64,000 nucleotides of DNA from Cyanobacteria bacterium P01_F01_bin.150 (GCA_039189765.1 JBCCYL010000025.1:11807-75806); one strand, 5' to 3'. Positions 1 to 9,360 are shown, counted from the first letter of the stretch. Notes: a model not told the origin generated them from the sequence alone. A program made the numbers and translations.

Positions 1-248
1 TGGGCACAGAGAGGACTAATCGCCGGATCAATTTCTTGAGCTAACCCCAGCAGGACAATATCCAATTCTGCATTTGACAGACCAAAATGATCCTGGAGCG
101 ACCCCAAGGTTGAGTCCCTGGGCCAATCTATCGGTCCTAGCTTCAATGGGGTCTGATGCTCTTGAAAATAAATAAGGGATTCTTTAATGCGCTGGATGCC
201 CTGTTGGAGGACCTGATGATTGTTTTTCTGCCAGCTTGAGTTCGACAT
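1..248 (-). CDS. Afp15/Pvc15-like eCIS AAA+ ATPase, N-terminal part (runs off window start; not in ORF track)
   Basis: Manual translation from ATG at 248: MSNSSWQKNNHQVLQQGIQRIKE...LQDHFGLSNAELDIVLLGLAQEIDPAISPLCA. This aligns by eye with the N-terminus of 7092..9116 (SWQQANQQYL...LCDVFDLSTFERDILLLSAGMELDATIMSLCA). Confidence 0.8.
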   Translation of the reverse strand, partial: MSNSSWQKNNHQVLQQGIQRIKESLIYFQEHQTPLKLGPIDWPRDSTLGSLQDHFGLSNAELDIVLLGLAQEIDPAISPLCA

Positions 249-255
249 ACATGTA

Positions 256-295
256 TTCGTGCAGATTATTTCGTGCAGATTATTTCGTCTAGATT
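256..295. repeat. 14-bp tandem repeat (TTCGTGCAGATTAT x2 plus a degenerate third copy) in a divergent promoter
   Basis: Copies at 256-269, 270-283 and 284-295. Confidence 0.85.
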
Positions 296-438
296 GAGCG
301 CTGCCGTTTGTTCTAGGGTACGTCAGGTGCTAGGGAAACAGAAATTAGACCTTAGTGGGTTTTAGGTGCATTTAGCCTGTGTTATCCCAGTAAGTAGAGA
401 CGCTGGCAACGCCACACTTGCTACAATGGGAGATATTG

Positions 439-3072
439 ATGAGACGCAAACGGACCCGTGAATCCAACTTCCAAGCCTCTAGACTGCAATCATCCATTCA
501 ACGCCAACCCCAGAAGCAACACCCTACCGCCCAACCGGAATTACATCAGCAAGAGCAAGTCTTGACTCCCTCTGAACCTACACCATTAGAGCAGGCAGGA
601 AATGTTCTGAATCGAGTGTCCGAGCAACCCAGCGACACTGGCGCTCTTACCCCAGGCCAGTTAGGTGTCCAAGCCCAACTCACCGTTGGTCCGGCCAACG
701 ATCCGTATGAACAGGAAGCGGATCGGGTCGCAGCTCAGGTGGTGAGCAACATTAATCAACCAGCCAGTCAGGCAGAAAGCCAGGCAGCCAGGCAGGCAGA
801 AAGATCGTCCATAAATCAACCCATCCAGCGCGAGACAGACACGACCGATGAGGATGTGCAACGCAAACCTCTGGATGCCATTCAGCAGGGGCATGTTCAA
901 GCAAACCCTGTTCAATATAATTTTCTTCAGCGATCAACAAACGTGTCGCCTTATTCCGGGCCAGTGTCTGCGGATTTTGAACGGAATTTAAACCAAGCTC
1001 GCAGCGGTGGTCAACCCTTGGCTCCCAATTTACAGCAAAAAATGGGTAACGCCATGGGAGCCGACTTTAGCGGGGTGCGGGTGCATACTGACAACACGTC
1101 CGATCGCCTCAACCACACAATCCAGGCCAAAGCGTTTACCACGGGGCAGGATGTATTTTTCAAGCAAGGAGCCTACAATCCCAACTCTAGAGGGGGGCAG
1201 GAATTGATTGCCCATGAGTTGACCCACGTGGTGCAACAAAAAGGAGATACGGTTCAACGGCATACCGTTCAGCCCAACACCATTCAGCGGACTTTTGTGC
1301 TTAATCAGAGTGACGAAGCCCCCATTGATAGGCACTTTAAGGGGCATGGTACCGATGAGGATAAGGCAAAAAAGAAGGCAGAGAGGAAAAACTGGGCCAC
1401 ATTTATAAATAGATTGGAAGCCTGTTTTACTGGCGATGATGACAGCCCTCCTGATGATCTACGAGCTAGCCTCATCTATAATGCGATCGCAAGATATGAA
1501 AAAGATCCTCCGGCACTCACCCCGCAAAGGCTATATAGAAAGATAAAAGAAAATTTCGGCCAAGACGAAAAAGCCCTGCAGGAAAATTTACATGATGAAG
1601 CTGCGGCGACACCTGATGAACAAACCGCTCGCAATTTAACGAAATTATGTGCAGTTGCCTTGCAAGAATATAAACGTTTTGGCGAAATCACAGGAGAGTT
1701 AGCGGCATTGGGAGGAAAGCGAGACGAGGATCGAAAAGCTATTTTTCGAGCATTTCCAGGCATCAAGGGCATGGAACGGGCTGCGTTTAAGGCTGTGATC
1801 AAGAAAGGCGGAAATGCTAACCTGCTAACGGATATTTTAGCTAGCTCTATTGTTTACGATGATATTGAAGACTGTTGGAAAGGAGCTGAAAAAATAAAGG
1901 ACTGGGCCGCCAGTAATGCTGAAACCCATCAGGTTTCAATGTTTAAAAATAGGTTCAAAGAGGGAAAGCAAAAGGATGGCGAACTGCCTGCAGCCAGCTA
2001 TCGAGATATGCTAATTAACTTTACGATGCCGTCTGGAAATATGATCGAGATTCAACTACACGTCAAAGGATTATTAGACAAGAAGTCAGACGGCCATAAG
2101 GATTATGAAAACCAAAGAAATGTGGCTGAACCCTTAGCCTTTGCCCAACAATATATTCACCGATTTAAAGCACATTGGAACAGTCTTAAACATGATCCTG
2201 TTTATGGACAAAGTACCGTTCGCCTTATTTCAAGTCGCTTGCAAAAATTATCTGATGCAATCATTAATGATGGCCAACATGGCACTATAGATTCCAACAA
2301 GGCAGCAGCGCTAGAAGCAGAAGCAAACCAAATTCCTCAAGCTCTTTTACCTTTTCCAAAAGGAGATTCAGTTAATCTTTTCTTTCTTTTATGGGTAACG
2401 AATAAAGCGGAAGTGGAAGCAGCGGGGGCAGAAGTCATTCGCTTGGTTGAGAGTAGTGTTGTTGCTCAAAATGAGATTTATAACCAAGCATGGGGAGATG
2501 AACAACAGAAAATGATAGCCCAAGGCAACTACACTGCTGACAATATAGATGAACAATTAATTAAAAAAATTCAAGCTGTAGATATTCCTGTGGCAACTAA
2601 ACCAAATAGCCAAGATCCAATTGAGAAAAGTGTTAATATCAACGCTGCCTATAACCACCACTTTAACGCTGGCGGTCGTTTATTAAAACTTCACGGACCA
2701 ATGTACGAAGAGGCTAAAACCTTTGTTGACGCAAAAGTTGCAATGCGTAAAGATCTCTTGGCCTCGCCCAAATCTGCGGCTCGCATGGTAAGGGATCTGG
2801 CACGGGAAAATGATGCCTACTCAGGAGGTCTTGCTCCTGCTATCAAGAGAAGGCAATCCAGACATGATGTGGAAGATGGCAGAAATGATGCCTACTGGGC
2901 TCCCAGGGAAAAGAAAAAAGGAGGAGGTGCAAAGGCAGCAGTCGTTGATCAAAGTGACTCATCAGCAACGGAGATGGACCAACAGGATCTGGGGAACAAT
3001 AATCGCCAAAGAAAAGTTAGATTTGCGGATGAGCCGCCTGCTAAGGTTCCCCAGGATGACGCCCAGGACTAA
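439..3072 (+). CDS. DUF4157 (eCIS core domain) protein with RelA/SpoT-like nucleotidyltransferase domain; putative eCIS effector
   Basis: QAQLTVGPANDPYEQEADRVA motif. DUF4157 spans GQPL...DFSGVRVHT...AKAFTTGQDVFF...LIAHELTHVVQQ. RSH-like motifs: KGMERAAFK, DILASSIV, KNRF, SYRD, EIQLH, GHKDYE. Start at ATG 439 follows GGAG (the ORF track starts at TTG 418). Confidence 0.8.
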   Translation: MRRKRTRESNFQASRLQSSIQRQPQKQHPTAQPELHQQEQVLTPSEPTPLEQAGNVLNRVSEQPSDTGALTPGQLGVQAQLTVGPANDPYEQEADRVAAQVVSNINQPASQAESQAARQAERSSINQPIQRETDTTDEDVQRKPLDAIQQGHVQANPVQYNFLQRSTNVSPYSGPVSADFERNLNQARSGGQPLAPNLQQKMGNAMGADFSGVRVHTDNTSDRLNHTIQAKAFTTGQDVFFKQGAYNPNSRGGQELIAHELTHVVQQKGDTVQRHTVQPNTIQRTFVLNQSDEAPIDRHFKGHGTDEDKAKKKAERKNWATFINRLEACFTGDDDSPPDDLRASLIYNAIARYEKDPPALTPQRLYRKIKENFGQDEKALQENLHDEAAATPDEQTARNLTKLCAVALQEYKRFGEITGELAALGGKRDEDRKAIFRAFPGIKGMERAAFKAVIKKGGNANLLTDILASSIVYDDIEDCWKGAEKIKDWAASNAETHQVSMFKNRFKEGKQKDGELPAASYRDMLINFTMPSGNMIEIQLHVKGLLDKKSDGHKDYENQRNVAEPLAFAQQYIHRFKAHWNSLKHDPVYGQSTVRLISSRLQKLSDAIINDGQHGTIDSNKAAALEAEANQIPQALLPFPKGDSVNLFFLLWVTNKAEVEAAGAEVIRLVESSVVAQNEIYNQAWGDEQQKMIAQGNYTADNIDEQLIKKIQAVDIPVATKPNSQDPIEKSVNINAAYNHHFNAGGRLLKLHGPMYEEAKTFVDAKVAMRKDLLASPKSAARMVRDLARENDAYSGGLAPAIKRRQSRHDVEDGRNDAYWAPREKKKGGGAKAAVVDQSDSSATEMDQQDLGNNNRQRKVRFADEPPAKVPQDDAQD

Positions 3073-3210
3073 GGGCATTTGGGGAAACATACCCAGGTTG
3101 CGTAGGATGGGCAAAACGAGCGTGGCCCATCAGCCAGACGTTCTGATGGGCATTTCTTTGCGTCCTTTACCCATCCTGCTGCCGGTATTTTATTTCTTTG
3201 CGAGTCCCTT
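3071..3210. mobile_element. Degenerate MITE-like element with internal GTAGGATGGGCAAA palindrome
   Basis: Homologous over its whole length to 6894-7038; right end GGTATTTTATTTCTTTGCGAGTCCCTT. Confidence 0.75.
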
Positions 3211-4854
3211 CGCTAATTCTGTCCTTAAAGCCTGGGCCGCTGCAAATTCAGGATAAACCGATAGAGCCTTCTCAATCGATGCCCAAGCCTTGTCCAATGC
3301 CTCCAGTGCTACATAGCACTTGGCTTGGTTGTAGCGTATGCCCGGATCTTCACCGTAAAACTGGAGAGAAATATCCAAGTAGGCGATCGCCTCGTGATAA
3401 TCGCCCATCTTGTACAAGAGCATGGCACAGTGGAACGGCAGGTCTTGCTCTTCGCCCATAAAGTAATAGGTTTGCCAAATATTCTGAATGGCGTGGTAAA
3501 CCTCTTGACACAGTCGCGCAGGAGCAGATTCTACCTGGCACATCAGGTTATCAAAACATCCTAAAAAGAGTTGGTGGTCCCAGTGGCTTAAGCGGAGATA
3601 GGCCAGGATCTGTTTGAGGGTAAGGGTATCGAAATGGGGTTCGATTGCCTTTTTAAGCGCAAAAAAGTCGTCTGGACTGGCCTGTAAAATCTCATCCCAG
3701 TAAGCTTGATGGGTTTCAATATAAGTTTCAATACAGTTCTCCCAATCATCCTCGCTAGAATCACCATCGCTACAATCGCCAAACAAAAATCCGCAGATGG
3801 TAATGCTGCGACGCAGATGGTCAGGCATTAAGGCCTGTCCTCCCTGGGCAATCGTATACTGGGCGATCGCATGATAGTTCACCATTAGCGAAAATGCACC
3901 TCCATGGGATGCAGGTTCCGGGACCCCTTGTCGCTGTAAGTCGGCGTCACAGGTATGTCCCTTGTCGCTGGACAGCAGTAAGAGGCGATCGCCACTCAAT
4001 TTTCGCAGGGCATTGATGGCGGCTAACCCCACTGTGGGAAATAGGATATGGGTATGATGGAAGCCAGTTTGATAGGTGTGCAATAGCTGATTCATCACCG
4101 GGTCATCGTAATACCCAGCCGCTGTGGCCTTGGCATTGGTGTAGGTGGTGTGGAGCTGGCTAAGCTTAGGATTGGAAGCGATCGCTGTGGATGAGCGAGG
4201 GGTAAGGGTAACTAGGGTTTCAAATAATGTACTGTCTTCGACATAGAATAAATCGTTGGGAAGCGAATCAAAAAAGTAGTTGGCAATAGCAATCAGTGGA
4301 TTGTGGAGAGTATCGACCGATAAGGTTTCTCCCTGGTTGAGGAGGGTAAGGTTAGGGGACTGCTGAGTTTGAGACGTTTCACAATCGGCCACATCAAATC
4401 GAGCAAAATCAAGTAGCCCCTCGTCAACAAAGGGGCGTAGAAACGGATGGGCCTGCCAAAAATCCAGATTTTTTTGAGCCAAGTCGGTCATTACATAGGT
4501 CACCGGAATGTGCCGAAGAACGGAGTGGGGATACCACTCCCAAAACTGTTTAAGGAAGTGATAGGCAAACCGTCCCGATCCGGCTCCCAGTTCAATAATA
4601 TAAACGGGCTGATTTAGGTCCAGGGCTTGGAGGCGATCGCAATCGCGCAAATATCCCCGAATTACCTTGCCGTAGGCATTGGCGATAAAGGGATTGCTGG
4701 TGACATAGTGGGGAACGCTGCCCCCATTCCAGGCTTGGATACCTTGCTGGTTAAAGTAGTCACGCTGCAATTGCCAGAGGAGCGATCGCGAAAATCGCTG
4801 ACGCTTCTCTAGATGATTTGATTCGATTGGCGTAATAGCTAGTGGGATAGACAT
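3190..4854 (-). CDS. SAM-dependent methyltransferase (MidA/NDUFAF7-like) with C-terminal TPRs
   Basis: Motif I YIIELGAGSGRFA; IANYFFDSLP; TPR-like helices (AMLLYKMGDYHEAIAYL, YNQAKCYVALE). Confidence 0.8.
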   Translation of the reverse strand: MSIPLAITPIESNHLEKRQRFSRSLLWQLQRDYFNQQGIQAWNGGSVPHYVTSNPFIANAYGKVIRGYLRDCDRLQALDLNQPVYIIELGAGSGRFAYHFLKQFWEWYPHSVLRHIPVTYVMTDLAQKNLDFWQAHPFLRPFVDEGLLDFARFDVADCETSQTQQSPNLTLLNQGETLSVDTLHNPLIAIANYFFDSLPNDLFYVEDSTLFETLVTLTPRSSTAIASNPKLSQLHTTYTNAKATAAGYYDDPVMNQLLHTYQTGFHHTHILFPTVGLAAINALRKLSGDRLLLLSSDKGHTCDADLQRQGVPEPASHGGAFSLMVNYHAIAQYTIAQGGQALMPDHLRRSITICGFLFGDCSDGDSSEDDWENCIETYIETHQAYWDEILQASPDDFFALKKAIEPHFDTLTLKQILAYLRLSHWDHQLFLGCFDNLMCQVESAPARLCQEVYHAIQNIWQTYYFMGEEQDLPFHCAMLLYKMGDYHEAIAYLDISLQFYGEDPGIRYNQAKCYVALEALDKAWASIEKALSVYPEFAAAQALRTELAKGLAKK

Positions 4855-5065
4855 CAGCTTCTACCCGTTTCTTCCGTTAATGAACTATTTGAGGAATTCT
4901 CTTATGTTTTTAGGTTGATAACGACACGCTATTGTCGTAACCCTAACACCAATAAAAGTTGAATTGTATCCGACTTTTGTCGGACCTAAGCATATAAATT
5001 GGTGCCCATAGTTAACCAGATTAGCTTTTTACAGCCAAAACTGGAAGCCTGACAGATCATCGGGT

Positions 5066-6850
5066 TTATTCATAATTTAGAGTAGCCTTATTATTCGAAG
5101 TAATCCCTTTCGGCGTAATGAACATACCTTTCTTGATGACAATTCCAGTTTTCTTTAAAACCTTGGTTGCATAACGGGCACAGTTTATATTGTGAAGGTC
5201 TTTTTTACCGGCTATTCCGCGTCCACCAAGGGCATCGTATTGATATCTATCTGATTTTCCTTTGAATAGCTGAGAATCACCGTCTTGTTCATAGGTGACT
5301 GTGTTATTGTTTGCATTCCGTGCTCCCACCATGGGCTCACTAATCATTGACTCTGCGGCGGCAATTCCAGCTTTAATATTAGCGATTGGAACTCTTTCCC
5401 AAAGACGATGAGTTCCATCAGTCAACCTACTTAGGTTTGCGGAATTTTGAATTTTACGCACTTGAAATTTCACAAGGTCTCCATGGACCCCTCCCAGTAG
5501 ATCGGTCTTTATTGTTTGAGGAAGGCCGTTTTCAAGATACTCAAAACATACGATGGAATGTCCACCATGCTTATCTCCATCAGTAGATATTAAGGAGACA
5601 ACGCCATAGTCATCAGTTATTTTGTAATTATTGGCATATTTCCCATCTGGAGCGTAAGTAGATGCTTCATTACAAGAACTCCTATAATCATGGTTGTCCG
5701 CACTGTTTTCAAGTCTTTGCTTATTATCCATGTAGGGACTGAATTTTTCCAAAAGACTTGTATATGTATTGTTTTTGAAAGCCCGCTTTACTTTAGTGCT
5801 TGCAAATTTCTCGATTTTATTTGCTTCGTTGATAAATTCATTAACCTTTTCTCTGGTCAAGGCATTAGAGTTTACGGCGTCCTTTAGAGCTGTCATGTGC
5901 ACATCCATACCACATCCTGTTGGAAACACAGAAGCAGCACTGTCAATATCTCCGAGAATATTCTCTTTAAGGCTGGCTAAACCTTGAGTTTTAGCTGACC
6001 TGTCAATGATGCGCTGTAGAACAGGTTTTTGGCTTGAGGCATTTTCTGTTGACTGTTGTTTGGGTTGAACTGAGGTTAAGGCAGTGGTATTAGATCTAGA
6101 TTCTCTACGTGCAGTGTCGATAGCGATATCGCCAAAGTTAAAGCCCGATTGTTGTGTTGGCTTACGTTGAAGTCCAGGATTTTGGCTGGATGACGTTCTT
6201 CCATCCATTGCCAACGGTTGCCCCTTTGCAAAGCGCTCTTCATTGGCTTCGGCATTTGCCTCATGGGAGGCATTGATGGGCGTGCCAGCAACGTCAGGTC
6301 GGATATCCATGGTGGCTTGTTCTTCCACATGGGTGCCCTCATGGGCCAGGGTCTTTTTCAACTGCGCTGGGTTATTTTGAATTTTATCCTGGACGACAAT
6401 TTTGTTCCCCGTGGCGTAGGCAAGGGCATTAACGCTCTTCGTCGCTTTATCGTCCACGTGGTACTGTGCCTTAGCCGCATGATGCATCCCTGCTTCGGTA
6501 AAAGCATCTTGCATTTCACCCGGCATCGCGCGTCCGGCCCCTGTTGGAACCAGGTTTACACTTTCGTCCTGATCCCGTTGAACGGTTGCCTCAAATTTAG
6601 GCTGAAGTGCTTGTGGCGTTTTGGGGGCGGTGTCTCCGGCAAAAATGGGCAGATTGCCAAAGTCGTAGCCAGCCTGATTAGCCTGCTGCCGATGTATTCC
6701 CAAACTGGAGGCATCACTAGAAATCTCCCCTGGCGAAGAGTAATCAGTTTCCATCCCTGTTAGAACTGACGAGGCAAGCAGGCTGGTTTGGGCCTGAAGC
6801 ACGGGTAATTGCTGCTGTTCCTGAGAGCGCTTTTTCCGTTGATAGGTCAT
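5066..6850 (-). CDS. DUF4157 protein with putative permuted papain-like (His...Asn-Cys) C-terminal domain; putative eCIS effector
   Basis: Divergent DUF4157 (GRAMP...ALAYATGNKIVV...LAHEGTHVEEQ) and LQR linkers. C-terminus contains GGHSIVCFE and YDALG...INCARYATKVLKKTG. Confidence 0.7.
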   Translation of the reverse strand: MTYQRKKRSQEQQQLPVLQAQTSLLASSVLTGMETDYSSPGEISSDASSLGIHRQQANQAGYDFGNLPIFAGDTAPKTPQALQPKFEATVQRDQDESVNLVPTGAGRAMPGEMQDAFTEAGMHHAAKAQYHVDDKATKSVNALAYATGNKIVVQDKIQNNPAQLKKTLAHEGTHVEEQATMDIRPDVAGTPINASHEANAEANEERFAKGQPLAMDGRTSSSQNPGLQRKPTQQSGFNFGDIAIDTARRESRSNTTALTSVQPKQQSTENASSQKPVLQRIIDRSAKTQGLASLKENILGDIDSAASVFPTGCGMDVHMTALKDAVNSNALTREKVNEFINEANKIEKFASTKVKRAFKNNTYTSLLEKFSPYMDNKQRLENSADNHDYRSSCNEASTYAPDGKYANNYKITDDYGVVSLISTDGDKHGGHSIVCFEYLENGLPQTIKTDLLGGVHGDLVKFQVRKIQNSANLSRLTDGTHRLWERVPIANIKAGIAAAESMISEPMVGARNANNNTVTYEQDGDSQLFKGKSDRYQYDALGGRGIAGKKDLHNINCARYATKVLKKTGIVIKKGMFITPKGITSNNKATLNYE

Positions 6851-6893
6851 GGCTGGTTACTCGTTGTCTCGGCTGCTGGCTGGTTTGCTAACT

Positions 6894-7038
6894 AAGGGAC
6901 TTGCGAGAAAATAACATACCAATTTGGCGTAGGATGGGCAAAACGAATGTGTGCCCATCAGCTCAACGTTTTGATGGGCACGTTCTATCGGCCTTTGCCC
7001 ATCCTACGTCCGGTATCTTATTTCTTTGCAAGTCCCTA
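6894..7038. mobile_element. MITE-like element: imperfect terminal inverted repeats enclosing an 81-bp REPIN-like palindrome
   Basis: Ends AGGGACTTGCGAGAAAATAACATACC and GGTATCTTATTTCTTTGCAAGTCCCT. Inner CGTAGGATGGGCAAA...TTTGCCCATCCTACG at 6928-7008. Confidence 0.8.
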
Positions 7039-7091
7039 ATGTCCCAATGGAAGAGTAGGTCAATGCTTATTCGTTGGAATAAATCGCTCCA

Positions 7092-9116
7092 TCATACCCA
7101 ACCCTTGATTTCTTGATCTGTCAGACTCTTCTCCAGCTTGGCATATTCACTTCGAGCTGCAATCAGTAAATGCCTCATCTGTACAGGCTCATCGTCATCT
7201 GCGGCCAGAAAAGCCGCATTGAGGGCAATGTTGCGGATACTGCCTCCGGCAACCTGTAGGCGAGCTAGCCGTTCCATACTTAGGTCTTGGGTGGGGGTTT
7301 CCTTCGGAAAAATTCGTTTCCAGATTTCTAACCGCTGGCTTACATCTGGGAAGGTAAACTGCACTACAAACCGAATCCGCCGCATAAAGGCACTATCCAG
7401 CGATCCTTTTAGGTTTGTCGTTAGAATCGCTAAGCCTTGATAAGCCTCCATTCGCTGCAGCAAATAGCTGACTTCAATATTAGCGTGACGATCGTGGGAG
7501 TCTTTCACATCACTACGTTTACCAAATAGAGCATCAGCTTCATCAAACAGCAGCACCGCTCCGCCGCCCTCTGCGGCATCAAATACCCGCCTCAGGTTTT
7601 TCTCTGTCTCACCAATGTATTTACTGATCACTGCACTTAGATCAATCCGATATAAATCCAGGTTTAGCGACTGGGCTAAAATTTCCGCCGCCGTGGTTTT
7701 TCCGGTACCACTGGGTCCAGCAAATAGAGCACTAATACCTAACCCCCGCATATTTTTGTTAGAGAATCCCCACTGTTCATAGACCTTTACCCGCTGTCTT
7801 ACCTGAGCTGCAACGGTTTTTAGGGTTTGAAACTGAGCGTCTGGCAAGACCAAATCATCCCAGGTTGCTTTTACTGTAATCCGCTGGGCAAGATTTTCCA
7901 TTTGAGGCTGAGCTTGGGTTCGACAACCCTGCCAAAGTTGTTTTTTTAGATCTGAAGGAGATATCTCTTGATCTACTTGACCTAGCACATGGTTGCATAC
8001 CGCATCAATTTCTGGACGAGTCAAATTAAACTGGGTGACTAATGGGGGAATGATAGAAGGCATTTCTAAGCCAATGGATGCTAAATGGCGTTCCCATTGG
8101 GACTGTTGCTCCTGATGGCTTGGTTTGCCGATGTCTATATTGACAATTGCTCGGGATGGCGAATTAATGCGATCGCGCCCACTAATCATCAGCGGACTTT
8201 GAATCTGCTCCAACAGACGATCAATAGATTCACCATGCTGGGACAGATTGGTTTCCGTACAGTCGAGCATCAAAGCGCTGCGGTTAAGAATTGCTTCTCG
8301 CTCCCAAATTTGTAAAAACTGGCTCAAGTCCTTTACTGTCTTGGGCACATCCTGTCCAGCCAGACGATGGAGAGTCAACTCTAAGGCCTGACAGGTATGC
8401 CAAGCAATGTCTGTTTGGCTAGTCGGATTTGAACCCGTCAACTGGAGTATGGGTAAGGTGTCGCGATCGCTAGCCTTTGCCCAAGTATTGGCAAGTTCCA
8501 GGGCCTGCTGACGATGGGATGGCACTAAAGTCCCATGGCCTTGCACCGGTTTGACAAAATCCTGGAGCAAATCGTCAAGCTGCTGAATGCCCACCAGATA
8601 GTGCAAAGTACGTTCGTTGATCTGTATGGGCCTCTGCATCAGTCCCATGCCCTTACTCAGTTCAATTAACCGCCAACGACGCAGGGGCGCAAGGGAGGTT
8701 AATGCACTCCAGTGAGCATTATCAAATAAGCTTAGGGCTAGACCCAAGGTAGGAAAAGCTTTTTGGGGATCTCCCTGGGCAAGAGCGCACAGAGACATGA
8801 TGGTGGCATCCAATTCCATCCCTGCACTGAGAAGCAAAATATCCCGCTCAAAGGTGGAGAGATCAAAAACGTCACATAGCTGAATCAATGCTGCTGTGGA
8901 GCCCCAGGCCTCTGCCATTATTGTCTCCGCCTCGGCCATGGTTTCGTATGGATCTAAAGGCAGATTTGATTCGACCTCAGATACTCCGTTGGCTTTCTCT
9001 TGGAGGCGCTGTTTTACCAGAGCCAGAGCCCCTAAGAGATACTGTTGATTCGCCTGTTGCCAGCTTGGGGGGGATGTTGTGGGCTGTTCGGAGGGTGGGG
9101 TTGCGGTGAGAGCCAT
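7092..9116 (-). CDS. Afp15/Pvc15-like eCIS AAA+ ATPase
   Basis: Walker A GPSGTGKT, SKYIGETEKNL, Walker B LLFDEAD, family motif DRHANIEVSYLLQRME, AFMRR. Confidence 0.92.
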   Translation of the reverse strand: MALTATPPSEQPTTSPPSWQQANQQYLLGALALVKQRLQEKANGVSEVESNLPLDPYETMAEAETIMAEAWGSTAALIQLCDVFDLSTFERDILLLSAGMELDATIMSLCALAQGDPQKAFPTLGLALSLFDNAHWSALTSLAPLRRWRLIELSKGMGLMQRPIQINERTLHYLVGIQQLDDLLQDFVKPVQGHGTLVPSHRQQALELANTWAKASDRDTLPILQLTGSNPTSQTDIAWHTCQALELTLHRLAGQDVPKTVKDLSQFLQIWEREAILNRSALMLDCTETNLSQHGESIDRLLEQIQSPLMISGRDRINSPSRAIVNIDIGKPSHQEQQSQWERHLASIGLEMPSIIPPLVTQFNLTRPEIDAVCNHVLGQVDQEISPSDLKKQLWQGCRTQAQPQMENLAQRITVKATWDDLVLPDAQFQTLKTVAAQVRQRVKVYEQWGFSNKNMRGLGISALFAGPSGTGKTTAAEILAQSLNLDLYRIDLSAVISKYIGETEKNLRRVFDAAEGGGAVLLFDEADALFGKRSDVKDSHDRHANIEVSYLLQRMEAYQGLAILTTNLKGSLDSAFMRRIRFVVQFTFPDVSQRLEIWKRIFPKETPTQDLSMERLARLQVAGGSIRNIALNAAFLAADDDEPVQMRHLLIAARSEYAKLEKSLTDQEIKGWV

Positions 9117-9360
9117 GGGGATTTTGGATTTTGGATTTTAGATTTTAGATTCCTGGCTTGGCAGGGGTTGAGGAGTTATGGGGTTGGGGAGTTGGAGCGT
9201 TAGATCCCAGGGTTCTTGATAGATGATTCTGTAATTCTAAAGAGTTTTGATCAGAACCCTGGGATCTGGGCGACGGGGAGCTAGGGCGTTAGATCCCAGG
9301 GTTCTTGATAGATGATTCTGTAATTCTAAAGAGTTTTGATTAAAACCCTGTGATCTGGGC
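9117..9360. repeat. Heptamer repeats (TTTTGGA/TTTTAGA) plus a tandemly duplicated ~66-bp palindrome AGATCCCAGGGTTCT...AGAACCCTGGGATCT
   Basis: Palindromes at 9202-9267 and 9291-9356 (89-bp period); heptamers at 9121-9150. Confidence 0.85.

Noticed and set aside
6901..7116. 71-aa ORF MRENNIPIWRRMGKTNVCPSA...
   Set aside because: It is a translation of the MITE/palindrome, antisense to the surrounding operon. The 2810..3256 ORF is likewise an overlap that runs into the other MITE copy.
9197..9360. Possible CRISPR array
   Set aside because: Only two units with near-identical internal sequence, and no cas genes; it is a tandem duplication of a palindrome.
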